DNA of 63,970 nucleotides, filler included, from Callorhinchus milii (lineage: Eukaryota): NCBI RefSeq assembly GCF_018977255.1. It is 4 parts of 4 records of this genome, joined end to end, with 100 filler letters (N's around TTAATTAATTAA, not from the genome) between each part and the next. Parts side by side here need not be neighbours in the genome. Positions count along the whole stretch, not along the records: positions 44,411 to 63,970 come from NW_024704749.1; 3 more parts are not named here. The stretch is one strand, 5' to 3'. The position numbers and the translations under genes were made by a program. A model generated the notes under the pieces. It saw nothing but the letters and a program-made list of their open reading frames with translations, did not search any database and was not told where the DNA came from. This document shows, piece by piece, positions 61,001 through 63,970 of the stretch; the first letter of the stretch is position 1, and every line of letters begins with the position of its first letter.

Positions 61001-63546
61001 CTATAAGACCAAAAGTCCAATTACCCGCCCTTGCTCCGTATCCCTTAATAACCTGACCTAACAAATATCTATCCACCTCGGTCTTCAAGATGTGAATGGA
61101 TCCAGCATTCACAGCTTTTTGGGGGAAGAGATTTCCAAATTTCCACTAACCTTTGGATGAGAAACTGCCTTCGAAAAAATTTCATTCCTAAAGATTATGT
61201 ACCCTTGTTCTGGATTCCCCCACCAGAGGCAATAGTTTATCTGTATCTGTACTGAATACAATTAAGTAACTTGTAAATACAATTATTATCATTCTTCCAC
61301 GTGTTTCAGTTGTTGGTCAGTGCACTGTAGAGAGAGAGAAAGAGAAAAATAAAGGGGGTAACAGGACTTTATGGACACCCTGCACAGACAAGTATGGGAT
61401 CTCTCCATATAACACGTACTATAATAATCAGGCAAAGGTGCCGCCCTCATCTGGCTTCCGCTACTCACCGGCTGCAGTGGGATAAATACAGGCCGGCCTC
61501 CAGCCATTTGAGCCATCATCTCGTAGCAGTCAAAGAAGGGCTCAATAATGATCACCTGCAGAGATAAAAGTGCTTTACACATTTTGGTCGATCAACCTGG
61601 CCCAAGTGAGGAAGGGAGGGGGGAACCGACTGCACAACTGGCTTCAAATAAAAACTTTGTAAAAATTAAAATCGAAGCAATAGTCACGGAGTGGGTTCAT
61701 GTCTGACTGAGCGAGGCCAAATGCAACCAGGTTTAAAAGGAAAAAAAAGTCGGAAACTCCAATAATAATCCTTGCATTTGACATGCAGCCTTATCGTGTC
61801 TTTGAGACGTCTCAAAGCACTTCACAGAATATATTGTAAAGTGGATTGACTGTATTTTTGGGGCATAACATGGCAGCCAATTGCACACAGCAGGGTCCCA
61901 CAATCAGTTGTGGATTGAGTGACCAATTTTTTTGTGGGATTGTTACCCCCCGGAAAGTGATCCTCCAAACGTCTAACAACCAAGTTTCTAGTCGAGACTC
62001 TAGCCTCTCTGCCCCCACCCTTTGGAACTATCTCATTTGCATTCTTCATTTGTGTAATCCCCTCCCACCCTACAATCTCTGCTCTCTGACATTTAACCCA
62101 GGTCCCTTGTTCAGGTGGATGTTAAAGATCCCATGACACTCCCTACCCTCCACCCTCCCTTATCCCAACTCCTGCCCCCCTGCTCGGGTCCAAATCCCTA
62201 ACTATCCAGTGCCTTGGGACGTCCTTGTGACGTGAAAGGCACTATACAAATATAATTTTGTATTGCATTGTGTATCGTACCTCATCCCCATCATCGACCA
62301 TCGCCTGGAAGAAACAGAAGAGGGCCTCGTAGGCACCAACCGTCACCAACACCTCGTCCAAGGCATTTATATCGCGTCCCAGCAGCTTCCCGAAAAACAA
62401 GGCCAAGATGTTTACCAGCGGAGGGTGACCCTGAGAGGCAGAGCAGGAGACAGCACAGCAGTGTGAATGTGTGTGGCACTCAGTAAATCACATTATAACA
62501 CCAGGTGCAATAAACCTAGCTTGGCGGGACCTCTGTTAACTGTTGCCTGTCTGAGAGAGATTTTGCTTATTCGGGGGGGGAGGGAAGTGGGAATGCATAA
62601 AAAGGCCCAATAAATGAGAAGAGGATAACAATAACCCTTGTTTTTGATATAGTCGATGAGATAGATTTCTTTTAGAAAATAATATGTTGGGATACAGTGT
62701 ATATGAGTCATTTGAGACATGACGTATAGTAAAGTGTAGTATGCCAGGAAGAAACAGGCAACTTTGGGTCTAAGGTTCCCAAAGCTTTCCTCCACTCTGT
62801 TCCAAAAAGAAGGTGAACTGAGGTGGACCTTGTTTTTTTTTTGTCCAGCAATTCCTGCGTTCAGAAATTTTGATACTTGAGGGAGAAGGTTCCTGATGGA
62901 GCAAAGTAGGAGAGGATCATTTAGCTTTTTTTTAAAAAAAACAGCTGGAACCCTGGCTTTACCTGACAGCTTCAGAAACACAAATGCCTGTTCACCAGGC
63001 ATTTGTGGAGTGTACTCCACCAAGGACGAGAAATAATAATAATAATCCTTGCATTTGTTATAGCACCTTAGCACATCAGTGAGACGTCTCAAAGCGCTTA
63101 ATAGAATATACTGTAAAATTAATTGACTGTATATTTTGTGGGAGAAACTTGGTAGCAAATCGCACACAGTGGTATCCTACAAACAGCCATAATCCAAATT
63201 TTTTTGAGGGATTATTACCCCCTGTAAAGCGATCCACCAAGTGACTAACAACCGGATTCTTATTTACTGCTAGGTAAACAGAGGCGTGTGGAGTAAGGAA
63301 GGTTTCGCCCTGCCTGGGAATCGAACCCGGGTCCTCTGGCTTGCGAGGTGAGTGCCCTAACCACTACCCTGCGGGACTCTATTGCGAGTACTTACAAAGC
63401 CCCTGGTGTACTGGTTCATGAGGCTGTTCTCACTGTTGAGAGCCCTGATGAAAGCTTCTTTTACAAACTGTGGTGGTGAGAAGTCAGGGAAGCCTTGCCC
63501 AAGGTTCACTACCTGATGTTGGCTGACAAGCTTTGTAATTTCCACC
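58074..63546 (-). CDS. KYAT1: Kynurenine aminotransferase 1 (CCBL1); first coding exon lies beyond the window
   Basis: Exons 63546-63396, 62430-62281, 61555-61469, 60714-60589, 60387-60267, 59920-59844, 59753-59664, 59297-59111, 59006-58930, 58625-58539, 58127-58074. Motifs [38 protein letters not shown] (PLP Lys). Neighbours SPOUT1/ENDOG favour KYAT1 over KYAT3. Confidence 0.9.
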
Positions 63547-63582
63547 CTGAAGCCAACAGAAAACAACAATAACAAGTTGCAT

Positions 63583-63963
63583 TTATATAGTGCCCTTCAC
63601 ACAGGGTAGCGTCCCGGAGCGCTTCACAGGAGGGTAGTCTGATAATGAGCTAAGGGGAGAGGGAGGGGAGGAGTGACCGTAAGCACGATCAAAAAGTAAG
63701 CTCTTTGGGTGGGATTTGAAGGTGGGGACGGAGGGGGCAAGGCGGAGTGATCGAGGGAGAAAGTTCCTGAGTTTCAGGGCGTAGTGGCTGAAGGCACGGC
63801 CACTGATGGTGGAGTGGAGGGCACAAAGGACAATTAGGAGGCTGGAGCCAGCCGAGAGGAGGCAGCAGGTGGTGGAATGGGGGCAAGGCAGGTTGCATAG
63901 GTAGGGAGGTGCGAGGGAATGAAGTGCTTTGAAAACGAATGAGAGGATCTTGAAATCGAGCAA
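63583..63963 (-). mobile_element. L2-type LINE ORF2 3' fragment in the KYAT1 intron
   Basis: FKILSFVFKALHSLAPPYL..GRAFSHYALKLRNFLPRSLRLAPSVPTFKSH..LFDRAY. Confidence 0.8.
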
Positions 63964-63970
63964 TTCGGTG

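Noticed and set aside
61289-61331. Putative extra KYAT1 micro-exon (CTDQQLKH)
   Set aside because: Exons 61469 and 60714 already join in frame; this block is part of the intronic duplication

Overview
Draft-assembly window from a cartilaginous fish (shark/ray-type SINEs, CR1/L2 LINEs and antigen-receptor genes). It contains four contigs joined by artificial 100-nt N/TTAATTAATTAA linkers (17591-17690, 23738-23837, 44311-44410). Left contig: minisatellites, a decayed histone H1, an intact two-exon GPR139/142-like GPCR with a GC-AG intron, and an IgH-like V followed by two D segments. Middle (17.7-44.3 kb): part of the TCR alpha/delta locus. It holds three NAR-TCR cassettes (IgNAR-type V, D, J, then a leaderless supporting V-delta), interspersed conventional V alpha/delta genes and pseudogenes, and a PRDM9-like relic. 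Main observation: in cassette 1, a complete, open, germline-joined NAR VDJ exon (20199-20549, no RSS, no leader found, splice phase 1 at both ends) lies between the rearranging NAR V-D-J and the supporting V-delta. This predicts a TCR-delta chain with three stacked V domains. Right contig: ENDOG exons 2-3, complete SPOUT1 (12 exons; promoter with a tandem CCAAT array; G-rich intron 1) and most of KYAT1. All coordinates and translations were read by hand and no database searches were run.
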